Assembly (NCBI GenBank): GCA_964643545.1
Contig: CAZXTE010000003.1
Location: forward strand, 52,463-116,462
Reading direction: 5' to 3'
Source of the DNA: an uncultured Candidatus Saccharibacteria bacterium
GTDB lineage: Bacteria > Patescibacteriota > Saccharimonadia > Saccharimonadales > AWTP1-31
Length of the DNA: 64,000 nucleotides
This document shows, in pieces, positions 46,593 through 55,935 of the stretch. How positions within the stretch are numbered: the stretch's first letter is position 1; every line of letters begins with the position of its first letter. Under the pieces are notes generated by a model that worked only from the letters and a program-made list of their open reading frames with translations, ran no database searches and was not told the DNA's origin. A program made the position numbers and the translations under genes.

Positions 46593-48113
46593 TTAAATTT
46601 CGTGCATCAACGTTATTTTTGCGCCAATGCTGTTGAGTCGTGCTGCCAAATCTTCATAGCCTCGATTGATTGAATAGACATTGCGCAGAATAGATATGCC
46701 TGGGGCAGCGAGCATTGCAATAAGCAAAAGTACTGCCGGGCGCAAAGCTGGCGGGCAAACCACATCTGCCGCACTGAATTTGGTTGGTCCATCGACAAAT
46801 GCTCGGTGGGGGTCAGCTAACGTTACATTGACATTAAGTTTTCTAAGCTCTGTATAGTACAGGGCACGTTCTTCGTAAACCCAATCATGAATCAGGGTGC
46901 GTCCTTTTGCGACGGCACAGATGGGCACAAAATAGGGTAAGTTATCGATGTTGAGGCCAGGAAAAGTGTTGGGGTGAATCTTTTCATCCAACGCGACCAA
47001 TTGCCCATTATGCTTATGGATAAGGATATCAACCAGGTCTGTTTGCCCATTTTCAGCTTTGTACTTGGAGCTCACTTTAAATGTAAGCCCCATTTTCTTT
47101 AGTTTAAGTAGCTCAAGCTCAAGAAATTCTATGGGGCAACGTCGAACGGTAATTGATGAGTTTGTAACTACGGCTGCTGCGATAAACGTCATGGATTCTA
47201 TGGGGTCTTCTGCCGGAGCATAGGTGACATTTTTTCGGATGTCCCGAACGCCACGAACACGTAGGGTGCTAGTGCCTATCCCCTCGATCTTTACCCCTAG
47301 ACGACGCAAGAAAAAGCACACATCCTGAACCATATAGTTGGCACTGGCCATTTTTATAACCGTCTCTTCCTCAAAGCGTGCGGCTGCCATTAACAAGTTT
47401 TCGGTGGTAGTATCACCAGATTCGTACAACACAATTTCGGGCGTGTGCTTTTTGTTGACTGTGACGTGGTAATGCCCGGTTTTTGCCACTATGTCGACAC
47501 CAAGCTCTTCCAAGGCAAACAAATGTGGCTGAACAGTGCGCGTGCCCAATTTGCACCCCCCAGCATAAGGTATCTGAAAGGTGTCGAATAAGTGCATGAG
47601 CGGCCCCAGCATCATGATGACACTTCGTGTTTTACGAGCAGCAGCTTTATTCATTTTGCTGAGGTCTAGCTGAGCCGGAGGTCGAATTTCGATATCTCCA
47701 CCAGGTAGCCATTTAACTTGGACGCCAATACTCATTAAGACTTCGATGATGCGATTTACTTCCTCGATCTTGGGCATTTGTTTTAGGCGAGTTGTGCCTT
47801 TATTGAGTAACGCTGCGAAGAGCAGTGCCACGGCGGCATTTTTGGAAACTTTTGTGTCAATGCTACCACTTAGCTCTTGGCCGCCCTCAACACGGAAATT
47901 GAGCGAACTGCCCGAAATACTGATGATTGGTTTGTTCAGGACCTCGCTAATACGGCCGAGCGTTTCTAGACTGAGGTTCTGTTTGCCATGTTCTATACGG
48001 TTAACCGCCGACTGGCTGGTGTGAAGAAGACTGGCGAAGGAAGCCTGAGTAAGACCTCTTTCTTGTCGTATCTGGTAAATAAGTTGCCCTATTTTTTCGT
48101 TAGTAGTCGACAT
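46593..48113 (-). CDS. murA: UDP-N-acetylglucosamine 1-carboxyvinyltransferase fused to an N-terminal XRE-type HTH domain
   Basis: Residues 1-65 are a Cro/C1 HTH (IRQERGLTQASFASLLHTSQSAVNRIEHGKQNLSLETL). The rest is MurA (SKNAAVALLFAALL, active-site loop GGCKLGTRTV with the Cys retained). Confidence 0.88.
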   Translation of the reverse strand: MSTTNEKIGQLIYQIRQERGLTQASFASLLHTSQSAVNRIEHGKQNLSLETLGRISEVLNKPIISISGSSLNFRVEGGQELSGSIDTKVSKNAAVALLFAALLNKGTTRLKQMPKIEEVNRIIEVLMSIGVQVKWLPGGDIEIRPPAQLDLSKMNKAAARKTRSVIMMLGPLMHLFDTFQIPYAGGCKLGTRTVQPHLFALEELGVDIVAKTGHYHVTVNKKHTPEIVLYESGDTTTENLLMAAARFEEETVIKMASANYMVQDVCFFLRRLGVKIEGIGTSTLRVRGVRDIRKNVTYAPAEDPIESMTFIAAAVVTNSSITVRRCPIEFLELELLKLKKMGLTFKVSSKYKAENGQTDLVDILIHKHNGQLVALDEKIHPNTFPGLNIDNLPYFVPICAVAKGRTLIHDWVYEERALYYTELRKLNVNVTLADPHRAFVDGPTKFSAADVVCPPALRPAVLLLIAMLAAPGISILRNVYSINRGYEDLAARLNSIGAKITLMHEI

Positions 48114-48123
48114 TGGTACACCT

Positions 48124-48143
48124 AGTATACCGCCTACGGTATA
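48124..48143. promoter_or_regulatory. Perfect 8-4-8 palindrome GTATACCG-CCTA-CGGTATAC in the murA/glyA divergent region
   Basis: Read directly. It lies 11-30 nt upstream of the HTH-murA ATG (minus strand) and about 75 nt upstream of glyA. Confidence 0.5.
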
Positions 48144-48217
48144 CAGGTCAAGATTGTGTACAATAGATATATGCTGTAACACCACATGACATTCTGCAAA
48201 CAAAGGGGAGAGACATA

Positions 48218-49477
48218 ATGAAAGATAAAGACATTGCTCGGTTGATCAAAGCCGAGACGGCCCGGCAGCTTGAGGGACTAGAAATGATACCAAGTGAAAA
48301 TCATACATCAACGAGTGTATTGGCTGCATTGGGCTCACGATTAACGGATAAATATTCTGAAGGTTACCCGGGCATGAGGTACTACGGTGGTTGTGAGTTT
48401 GTAGACCAAGTAGAGAATATCGCACGAGACCGAGCCAAAAAACTCTTTGGCGTAGATCACGCCAACGTGCAACCATATTCGGGCTCGCCAGCCAATTTGG
48501 CTGTATATTTTGCACTGGTAGATCCGGGAGAAACTATTATGGGTCTGGATCTGTACTTTGGTGGCCATTTAACGCATGGACTAAAAGTGAACGTCTCTGG
48601 GCGTTGGTTCCATTCGGTTCAGTACAAAACGGGCAAGGATGGCTACCTCGACTATGATGCGATGGCGGAACTTGTCGATAAAGAAAAGCCAAAACTAATT
48701 TTTGTTGGCGCAACCGTGTATCCAAGAGTCTTTGACTGGAAGCGGCTCAGAAAAATTGCAGACCAGTGTGGCGCCTATCTTGTTGCTGATATTTCGCACA
48801 TTGCTGGTTTGGTCGCAGGTGGCGCCCACCCATCGCCAGCGGGTATTGCAGATGTTATTACAACGACGACCCACAAAACGCTTCGTGGCCCACGTGGTGC
48901 AATGATTCTTTGCAATGGTAAACCATCAACACCGCTAAAAAAGGTTGAACGAAGTCGCGAGAACTTGCCAAGTTTGATTGACCGCGCCATATTCCCGGGC
49001 CTTCAGGGTGGCCCACACAATCATCAGACCGCCGGTATCGCCGTCGCGTTAGGTGAAGCGTCTACGCCAGAATTCAAGGTGTATGCTCATCAGGTTGTCA
49101 AGAACGCGCAAACACTTGCAGGAGAACTCAGCAATAAGGGCTACCAGCTCGTTACGGGCGGAACCGATAATCACCTCATGTTGATTGACTTGAATAACAA
49201 GAAGGTTCGCGGGGCAGAAGCTGAGGATGCGCTTGGAAAAGCAGGGATTACCGTTAACAAAAACACCGTACCTTTTGATCCTCGTCCACCATTCGATCCA
49301 AGTGGTATCCGGCTTGGGACGCCCGCTCTTACAACTCGCGGCATGAAAGAAGCAGATATGTTACAGGTTGCAGAATGGATCGACCAGGCAATTAGGCACC
49401 ATCGTGACGATACGTATCTGGCCACTTTGCGTAAGCAAATCAAACAGTTTGCTATAGACTTTCCATTGCCGAGCTAA
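48218..49477 (+). CDS. glyA: Serine hydroxymethyltransferase
   Basis: SENHTS, the PLP site TTTTHKTLRGPRG, and overall length. Confidence 0.97.
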   Translation: MKDKDIARLIKAETARQLEGLEMIPSENHTSTSVLAALGSRLTDKYSEGYPGMRYYGGCEFVDQVENIARDRAKKLFGVDHANVQPYSGSPANLAVYFALVDPGETIMGLDLYFGGHLTHGLKVNVSGRWFHSVQYKTGKDGYLDYDAMAELVDKEKPKLIFVGATVYPRVFDWKRLRKIADQCGAYLVADISHIAGLVAGGAHPSPAGIADVITTTTHKTLRGPRGAMILCNGKPSTPLKKVERSRENLPSLIDRAIFPGLQGGPHNHQTAGIAVALGEASTPEFKVYAHQVVKNAQTLAGELSNKGYQLVTGGTDNHLMLIDLNNKKVRGAEAEDALGKAGITVNKNTVPFDPRPPFDPSGIRLGTPALTTRGMKEADMLQVAEWIDQAIRHHRDDTYLATLRKQIKQFAIDFPLPS

Positions 49478-49698
49478 GACCAGCGAAGCAATAATACAAT
49501 CAAAGCAATAATAGACAGGGGTAGCGACGCCAGCCAGCAGGCAAGAAACCACAGGGTTCTTGGTTTCATTCGAATTTCGTGTGAGTCGCCAAAAAAAAGT
49601 TTGCCACTAAAAATAAAACGCCGGACGCTTCGCTTTGCTTCTAGTAGCATCAAAAAGGGTGCAACAACAAACGCAATAAGTAAGATGTCAACAATCAT
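49474..49698 (-). CDS. Small membrane protein (74 aa)
   Basis: Two TM helices, overlapping stop/start junctions with murB and glyA. Confidence 0.5.
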   Translation of the reverse strand: MIVDILLIAFVVAPFLMLLEAKRSVRRFIFSGKLFFGDSHEIRMKPRTLWFLACWLASLPLSIIALIVLLLRWS

Positions 49699-50723
49699 CC
49701 AATAAGCTCCGGTTCTTGTACAAGCTGTACGTCAAATTTCTTGTGCACGGCCGTTATGATAGTGTCGCGGAATTTCAGTAAATCCTTAGTGGTTTTGGCG
49801 TGCTTATTTACAAGCACCAAGGGCTGAGATGGCCACGTTGCCATGCCTGTTTCTTTATCGCTAACGTTCTTAAATCCAGCATGTTCTATCAGCCATGCTG
49901 CCGATAATTTGATCTTAGTTTTGTCTACTTTCCAGTGAGGCATGTCGGGATATTTCTTTGCCAAGGCCTTGTACGATAATGTGCTGACAATTGGGTTCGC
50001 AAAAAAGGAACCATTATTTGCCATCTTTGCCGGGTCTGGCAGTTTGCTCGAGCGAATTGCAATAACTGCTTTCCGCAGTGTCCTAGGTGTTACTACATTA
50101 ATACGATGTTCGCGCAGGTAGTTTGCGACGGCAGGGTAATGAGGCGGTCGGGGGTTGATATGGCGCAACCGAAAGGTGAGCCCGACAATAACAAAACGCC
50201 CCTTGTCTCCAGTCTTAAAGCGGCTTGTTCGATAGCCAAAAGCACAGTTTTCGTTTGGTATTGTGACAAATTGTTTGTGGGTGGTGTCATATGCTTCGAC
50301 ACTCACTAAGCAGTCTGCTATTTCCTGACCATACGCACCAACATTCTGAACAGGTGTCGCGCCGCTAGTGCCTGGGATAAGGCTCAGTGCCTCAATGCCA
50401 TGCAACCCCGCAGCGACTGTTCTTTTTACGACACCATCCCAGTTCTCGCCAGCACCAACGCTGACGTAAGAGAACTCTTTGTCTTCCGGGTGAATTTTAA
50501 AGCCGAGTATATGGTTGACGATCACGAGCCCGTTATAGCCTTTATCGCCCCACACGATATTGCTACCACCCCCAATGACGATGGTTTTAAGCCTGTGTTC
50601 CTCTGCCCACGTTAACGCGTCGACCAAAGCATGTTTGTCGGAAATATGTACTAAATTGCGTGCCTTACCGCCGAGTCGCATGGTTGAGTAGTCTGCCAGT
50701 GCTATATCATTCTGAATGTCCAT
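49695..50723 (-). CDS. murB: UDP-N-acetylenolpyruvoylglucosamine reductase
   Basis: FAD-binding domain (TMRLGGKA, IGGGSNIV), GAGENW, and a C-terminal GSFFANP. Confidence 0.92.
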   Translation of the reverse strand: MDIQNDIALADYSTMRLGGKARNLVHISDKHALVDALTWAEEHRLKTIVIGGGSNIVWGDKGYNGLVIVNHILGFKIHPEDKEFSYVSVGAGENWDGVVKRTVAAGLHGIEALSLIPGTSGATPVQNVGAYGQEIADCLVSVEAYDTTHKQFVTIPNENCAFGYRTSRFKTGDKGRFVIVGLTFRLRHINPRPPHYPAVANYLREHRINVVTPRTLRKAVIAIRSSKLPDPAKMANNGSFFANPIVSTLSYKALAKKYPDMPHWKVDKTKIKLSAAWLIEHAGFKNVSDKETGMATWPSQPLVLVNKHAKTTKDLLKFRDTIITAVHKKFDVQLVQEPELIG

Positions 50724-50849
50724 TAGCTTTATTATACGGTAAGGCCTTTACACATAGGCACTTTAATTGTTCATTGCTATTCATTCTGCCTATACTATAA
50801 AGTAGCTACATAAATGAGAATCAGTACTTCTCATTAAAATATAAACACC

Positions 50850-52403
50850 ATGCTAAAAAATAAGCACTCAGAATCACTCAGACGTAGTTTGGTCACCATT
50901 GCCACCGCTGGGATGCTCGCAGTACCATTCGTGCTTACTCGTTTTGCGGGCTTGAGCATACTGAGTTTTTTGCTGGTACTGTTCGTGTTACAGAAAGCGA
51001 GCAAGCTAACCACGAGGCAATTCATTCGCCAGAGTTATCTGTTTGGCTTGGTCTACTTCGCCATTGTAATGGCCTGGATCTACAAAATTCATGCCACCGA
51101 TCTAATCCCTAACAATACGCTGGCTATTATGTTCAAAACACTCACTTTCTTGTTGATCATGAGCTCTATGGGCACCGGATTCTTATTGGCTGGGCTGCTA
51201 TACCGCAAGCTTAAGATCGATATCAATGGCCGAACAGCACTCTATATTCCGGCAATTTGGGTTGTTGGCGAATACTTTCGCAGTGTGTTCTTCTCGGTCT
51301 TTACGACTGGGCAAGGGGGCTCAATCGGACCGTATTGGAGCTTTGGCACCCTTGGCCTAACGCTCACTAATACGCCGTTAAAATATGCCAGCAGATTTGT
51401 GGGTATGTACGGCATGAGTCTGCTAGTGATCGTAATTTCTCTAGTGCTTTTTCGTCTGTACCAGCGGCGGTTCAAGTGGTTGTGGCTATTAGTTTTACCG
51501 ATGACTCTTTCCTTTGGTGGTTGGCTGGTATATCACCAATCCACGGGTCATCAGCTCCAGGTTCGGGCTGTTGGGCTTGGGCCCAAAACCGAAGATGGTT
51601 ATGAACCGGCCTTGACGCATTCACTTACCAACAGAACGCCAGCAGACTTAACCGTATTGCCGGAATATTCAAACTTCTATGGGTCCGAAAAACGCAACGA
51701 TAACAAACTGCCCGATTCCAGCGGTTTAGTGGTCGACAGCCGACTCGGAACCTCTGCGCAGGGCCGCAAAAATATCACGACATTCTACCAGCCGGATGGC
51801 ACTATATTGGCCGAACGCCAAAAGAGTTTTTTGATACCAGGCGGTGAATTTGTGCCTTTTATATACGCAGGTATTTTAGTTGCCTCCGGCAATAACGAAA
51901 TATTGCTCAGCATTCGTAAGGACAGAAGTGTTTATCAGTCCATTGAGAAAGAAAAACCCTTTACTTATAAAGAGGTTAGTTATGGGGCGCTAGCCTGCTC
52001 TGGCGCCATAGCACCAAACTTGTATTCACGCCTAGCTAAACAAGGTGCCGAAGTGTTAGTTAACAGCGCATCTATATCTAGTCTCGGCGTGTCCGATCTT
52101 TACTACAAGCAAGCCTCGCAGATGTCTGCATTTATCGCCAATAGCAATGCTCGGCCGTTTGTGCAGGCGGCCCGCGGCGGCCCGAGTTATATACTCAACA
52201 AAGACGGCCACGCCCAAACCTATGCAAGTAGCCCCGAGCAACTGACGGTTCTAAGCAGCGAAATACACTCTAACTCGACTAAGACAATCTATTCTCGTTT
52301 TGGTGAATTTTTTGCGGGTCTCAGCATGGTTGCGGTGCTGGTGCGGGCTTTCTTGGTTTTTCGACAAGAGCGGAAGCTAAAATACGCAAGAAAACGAAGG
52401 TAG
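50850..52403 (+). CDS. lnt: Apolipoprotein N-acyltransferase-like protein (polytopic N-domain plus CN-hydrolase domain)
   Basis: Six to eight TM helices, then VLPEYSNF (Glu), KSFLIPGGEFVPF (Lys block) and ALACSGAI (Cys) resembling the Lnt E-K-C triad. Confidence 0.65.
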   Translation: MLKNKHSESLRRSLVTIATAGMLAVPFVLTRFAGLSILSFLLVLFVLQKASKLTTRQFIRQSYLFGLVYFAIVMAWIYKIHATDLIPNNTLAIMFKTLTFLLIMSSMGTGFLLAGLLYRKLKIDINGRTALYIPAIWVVGEYFRSVFFSVFTTGQGGSIGPYWSFGTLGLTLTNTPLKYASRFVGMYGMSLLVIVISLVLFRLYQRRFKWLWLLVLPMTLSFGGWLVYHQSTGHQLQVRAVGLGPKTEDGYEPALTHSLTNRTPADLTVLPEYSNFYGSEKRNDNKLPDSSGLVVDSRLGTSAQGRKNITTFYQPDGTILAERQKSFLIPGGEFVPFIYAGILVASGNNEILLSIRKDRSVYQSIEKEKPFTYKEVSYGALACSGAIAPNLYSRLAKQGAEVLVNSASISSLGVSDLYYKQASQMSAFIANSNARPFVQAARGGPSYILNKDGHAQTYASSPEQLTVLSSEIHSNSTKTIYSRFGEFFAGLSMVAVLVRAFLVFRQERKLKYARKRR

Positions 52404-52404
52404 C

Positions 52405-52632
52405 ATGGCATTTATATTTCGCTTATGCTATAAAGTAAATAATACATTAAATAAAAGGCAGCCTCTTTATGAAAATAAAAACACTCTTAAAAAACTAAAC
52501 CAGCGTGGTTTTAGTCATCACATACTTATGCCGGTTGCGGTCCTCGTTGCGGTAACTGCCATTGGTGTAAAGGTTCTAACCCAGAGCCATGCGGCAACAA
52601 ACTACAGGTTCGTACATTATGCCACCAGATGA
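52405..52632 (+). CDS. Hypothetical signal-peptide-bearing fragment (75 aa)
   Basis: Contains a TM/signal segment (MPVAVLVAVTAIGVKVLTQSHAA) and stops at a TGA that overlaps the next ATG. Confidence 0.4.
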   Translation: MAFIFRLCYKVNNTLNKRQPLYENKNTLKKLNQRGFSHHILMPVAVLVAVTAIGVKVLTQSHAATNYRFVHYATR

Positions 52633-52997
52633 CCGGTGGTACATTGGTAACTAAAAGTGGTGGGACAAGTTATAGGGCGCTAGACTGCGGCACCAACACC
52701 CGGGTCGTTTGTAATACGGGAAAGGACTCCCTGTATACATTTGTTAGTAAGTCCGAGATGACCAATACAAAACAAATATGCACTCACTATTTGGGAGGGG
52801 CTGGGTTTATAAATATTCGGCATAGTAGCGGGAAGCAGGTTACTGGTGTTATTCCTGGATCATCCGGCAATCTTTGCATGACAGTAGATGCTTCAACATG
52901 GACCGATGGAGCGATATATGTTTCCGTGTTGTCCGACGGTAATCCCTCCAATCCTATTAGCAAAGCTCAGATTGATACCATCTACGGCAAACCGTAG
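52629..52997 (+). CDS. Hypothetical Cys-containing protein (122 aa), possibly the mature part of a frameshifted secreted protein
   Basis: Four Cys residues and no signal peptide of its own. ATGA junction with the preceding signal-peptide ORF. Confidence 0.5.
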   Translation: MTGGTLVTKSGGTSYRALDCGTNTRVVCNTGKDSLYTFVSKSEMTNTKQICTHYLGGAGFINIRHSSGKQVTGVIPGSSGNLCMTVDASTWTDGAIYVSVLSDGNPSNPISKAQIDTIYGKP

Positions 52998-53067
52998 CAA
53001 AAGTTCACACATTTAGATGAGTACTAATGCTTGCACTGGCGCGCGGTGCCAAGTACCATAGACACCA

Positions 53068-53625
53068 ATGGGAGATCAAAAACCAACCGAACCATATTGG
53101 GCGTTAGGAATAGAGCTGAAGCGTGCGCGAGAAACACGTAGCCAGACGTTGGCAGAGGTATCTGGTGCAGTTGAGATTGATGAGGCCATGCTTACGAGTA
53201 TCGAACAGGGTGTTGAGCGACCGAGCGAAGACATCTTAATGCTTTTAATTAGCTACTTTGACCTACACGAAGAAAAGGCTGCAAAGCTATGGGAACTTGC
53301 TGATTATATCGACAACCAAAAGACCCAGCAAAAGACGGCACAGAGCAATATTTTTGAGCTTGCCCAACCGGTGGCAATGCTTATGTCTATGGATACAAGG
53401 GTTGTATATACAGATATGGTGCATGTTGTCTCGAACGACTTCGGCATTGTTATGAATTTTATGCAGGCTGGTGGTACAAACGGTCAGCCACTAGCTGTTG
53501 CTCGGGTAGGCATGAGCAAAGAACATGCTAACAAAGTTGTCCAGGTTCTAAGCCAGGCTTTAACGCCGACGAACAAGCCTATAAAAGCATTGCAAAAAGG
53601 CAATAAACCAAAAGAAAAACCATAG
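53068..53625 (+). CDS. XRE-family HTH protein with uncharacterised C-terminal domain
   Basis: LKRARETRSQTLAEVSGAVEIDEAMLTSIEQGVERPSEDIL is a Cro/C1-type HTH. Confidence 0.75.
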   Translation: MGDQKPTEPYWALGIELKRARETRSQTLAEVSGAVEIDEAMLTSIEQGVERPSEDILMLLISYFDLHEEKAAKLWELADYIDNQKTQQKTAQSNIFELAQPVAMLMSMDTRVVYTDMVHVVSNDFGIVMNFMQAGGTNGQPLAVARVGMSKEHANKVVQVLSQALTPTNKPIKALQKGNKPKEKP

Positions 53626-53914
53626 TGCTACGGCGTGTACAAAAACACGAGCTAGAGGTAGAGCCCAGAACTTAAGGCGCTACGGTTATTGTGCGCGAGC
53701 GTCTTTCCCGGAGCGAATTTGCCCTACATCTTGGCATGATCTAGGTTTGGACCGGCCCCCACAACCAGCGAGCACTAACACTACCTTGCCACCAAATGGC
53801 CTTGCTGCTGTCTCGACAACAACTACCACTACCACAGCCACTGTTGCTCCATCTGCACCACTCGTAACGACACCATAGTCGAAACAGGCCGCATCTGTTA
53901 TAATCGTGACCTAC

Positions 53915-53991
53915 GCACCGGTAGCTCAGTGGATTAGAGCATCTGTCTTCGGAACAGAGGGTCGGGGGTTCGAATCCCTCCCGGTGTACCA
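53915..53991 (+). tRNA. tRNA-Arg (anticodon UCG), CCA encoded
   Basis: GCACCGG...TCTGT-CTTCGGA-ACAGA...TTCGAAT...CCGGTGT-A-CCA. A TATAAT box sits at 53900-53905. Confidence 0.9.
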
Positions 53992-53999
53992 ATTCATGG

Positions 54000-54021
54000 G
54001 CCTCGCGAAAGCGAGGCTTTT
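54000..54021 (+). terminator. Rho-independent terminator after tRNA-Arg(UCG)
   Basis: GCCTCGC-GAAA-GCGAGGC followed by TTTT. Confidence 0.75.
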
Positions 54022-54120
54022 GAATTGGTTAATAAAAGTGAGATTCGAACGGTGAGATCAGTACAGCTCAGCCGTCTGAACTCCCCCTAGGAACTGTTAG
54101 TTGCTGCTACAATAACACTT

Positions 54121-55398
54121 ATGGAGATAACTAGCTTTGCTCAGGCCGAACAAGTTCTTGCCGGCTTTGTGCCTCCAGCACGAAAGTTTCGTGATGCGTA
54201 TACGCTCAACAGCATGCAGAACTTGATGGGAGCACTTGGCAACCCGCAGGATAGCTATAGGGTAATTCACATAGCTGGCACCTCTGGGAAAACATCCACC
54301 GCCTATTACGTTGCTGCGTTGTTGAAGCAAACAGGCAAGAAGGTAGGGTTGACGGTCTCTCCGCATATAGATCAACTCAATGAGCGTTTGCAGATCAATC
54401 TTGAACCATTGCCCGAAAGCATCTATTGCCGAGAGTTGAACGAGTTTTTAGAGATACTTAACAAGTTAAACATTAAGCCCACGTATTTTGAGCTACTTGT
54501 TGCATTCGCATATTGGCAGTTTGCAAAACAGAAGGTAGATTACGCGGTGATTGAAGTTGGCCTTGGCGGTTTACTGGATGGCACTAACGTTGTTACTCGA
54601 CCAGATAAAGTTTGTGTAATCACTGACATTGGCTTAGATCATACGCATGTTCTGGGAATGACATTGCCCGAAATCGCTTTTCAGAAAGCGGGTATCATAC
54701 ACCAGGGTAATAACGTGTTTTGCTATAAGCAGAGCGCAGAAGTTAACAAGGTTATTGCAAAAGCATGCACAGAAAAAGGTGCAAACCTGCATCAGGTTGA
54801 GAATGCGGAAATGACACCTGAGCTTGCGTTATTGCCACTATTCCAGCAGAGGAACTGGGGTCTGGCGAAAGTCGTTGCCGACTTTGTGGTCGATAGGGAC
54901 GGTTTGCAGACACCTAGCACCGATCAAGTTATCGATACACTCGCTACGTACGTACCGGGCAGGATAGAGGTTATGGCGATACGCAATAAAACGATAGTAA
55001 TGGATGGTGCACATAATGCCCAGAAGATGCACGCACTAAGAGAAAGCTTAGAAGAGAAATACCCTAAGCAAAAATTTGAAGTGGTTCTTGGCATCGGCAT
55101 GACAAATGACGAGAAAACGGGAAACGTGCTCGACGAGTTATTGCCCGTAGCAAGCCGGGTTATTGTGACACCCTTCTATGCACAGCAGGACTTTCGTAAG
55201 CACGCAACCAGCCGCAAAAAAATTGTTAACCAATGTTTAGCGCGTGGATTTACGGACGCATATGAGGCAAAAGACGTGAAAGATGCTTATGGTCAAATGA
55301 TGAAAAGTAACGAACCGCATGTACTTATATGCGGTTCCTTCTATCTGTTGAATAAAATTAGACCAATACTATTTAATGATAGAAGGGGAAGAATATGA
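54121..55398 (+). CDS. folC: Bifunctional folylpolyglutamate synthase/dihydrofolate synthase
   Basis: Mur-ligase P-loop HIAGTSGKTST, EVGLGG, and a C-terminal DGAHN. Confidence 0.9.
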   Translation: MEITSFAQAEQVLAGFVPPARKFRDAYTLNSMQNLMGALGNPQDSYRVIHIAGTSGKTSTAYYVAALLKQTGKKVGLTVSPHIDQLNERLQINLEPLPESIYCRELNEFLEILNKLNIKPTYFELLVAFAYWQFAKQKVDYAVIEVGLGGLLDGTNVVTRPDKVCVITDIGLDHTHVLGMTLPEIAFQKAGIIHQGNNVFCYKQSAEVNKVIAKACTEKGANLHQVENAEMTPELALLPLFQQRNWGLAKVVADFVVDRDGLQTPSTDQVIDTLATYVPGRIEVMAIRNKTIVMDGAHNAQKMHALRESLEEKYPKQKFEVVLGIGMTNDEKTGNVLDELLPVASRVIVTPFYAQQDFRKHATSRKKIVNQCLARGFTDAYEAKDVKDAYGQMMKSNEPHVLICGSFYLLNKIRPILFNDRRGRI

Positions 55399-55877
55399 TT
55401 CGATTTATCGCAGCACTGGATAACAAGCGGGGTATTGCAAATGAGCATGGTATCCCGTGGCAGGGCAAAATACCCACCGATGTTGCTCATTTCCGAAAGT
55501 CTACACTCCATGGAATTGTGATGATGGGGTATGGCTGGTACGTGGAGCAAAAAATGCCACTGCCCGAACGACGCAATCTAGTTGCTACCACCAAGCCCGA
55601 AGAGTTACGTGCAGGGTTCGAGAGGGTAACGGATGCACGTACATTCTTGCAGGAAACCAAGGACGATGTTTGGGTTGGTGGCGGTGCAGGCCTTTTTGCC
55701 AGCACCATTGATCTTGCGGACGAACTCGTCCTCACGCTAATAGAAGCAGATTTTCGGTGTACCAAATTTTTCCCACCTTACGAGGACGCTTTTGAATTAG
55801 CTGAGTCGAGTGATGTGATTGTAGAGAGTGGTATTTCGTATCGATTTACAAGATGGTCTCGTCGCAAAAACATATAA
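55395..55877 (+). CDS. folA: Dihydrofolate reductase
   Basis: MIRFIAALDNKRGIANEHGIPW and VWVGGGAGLF. ATGA overlap with folC. Confidence 0.88.
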   Translation: MIRFIAALDNKRGIANEHGIPWQGKIPTDVAHFRKSTLHGIVMMGYGWYVEQKMPLPERRNLVATTKPEELRAGFERVTDARTFLQETKDDVWVGGGAGLFASTIDLADELVLTLIEADFRCTKFFPPYEDAFELAESSDVIVESGISYRFTRWSRRKNI

Positions 55878-55935
55878 ACGTATCCAGCTTATGGCTACTT
55901 TGCTACACTGTGTGTAACTAAAAAAGGAACCAGCT

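Noticed and set aside
53626-53914. 289-bp gap upstream of tRNA-Arg(UCG), including the track ORF 53741..53992 and a possible ~51-aa minus-strand ORF (GTG...AVVVVVVVETAARPFGGKVVLVLAGCGG...). It was also considered as an SRP, 6S or RNase P RNA candidate.
   Set aside because: The track ORF is antisense to the tRNA. The small ORF has no RBS or recognisable family. I could not find the conserved SRP domain IV or RNase P motifs by eye. The region is left unannotated, and an Infernal scan would settle the question.
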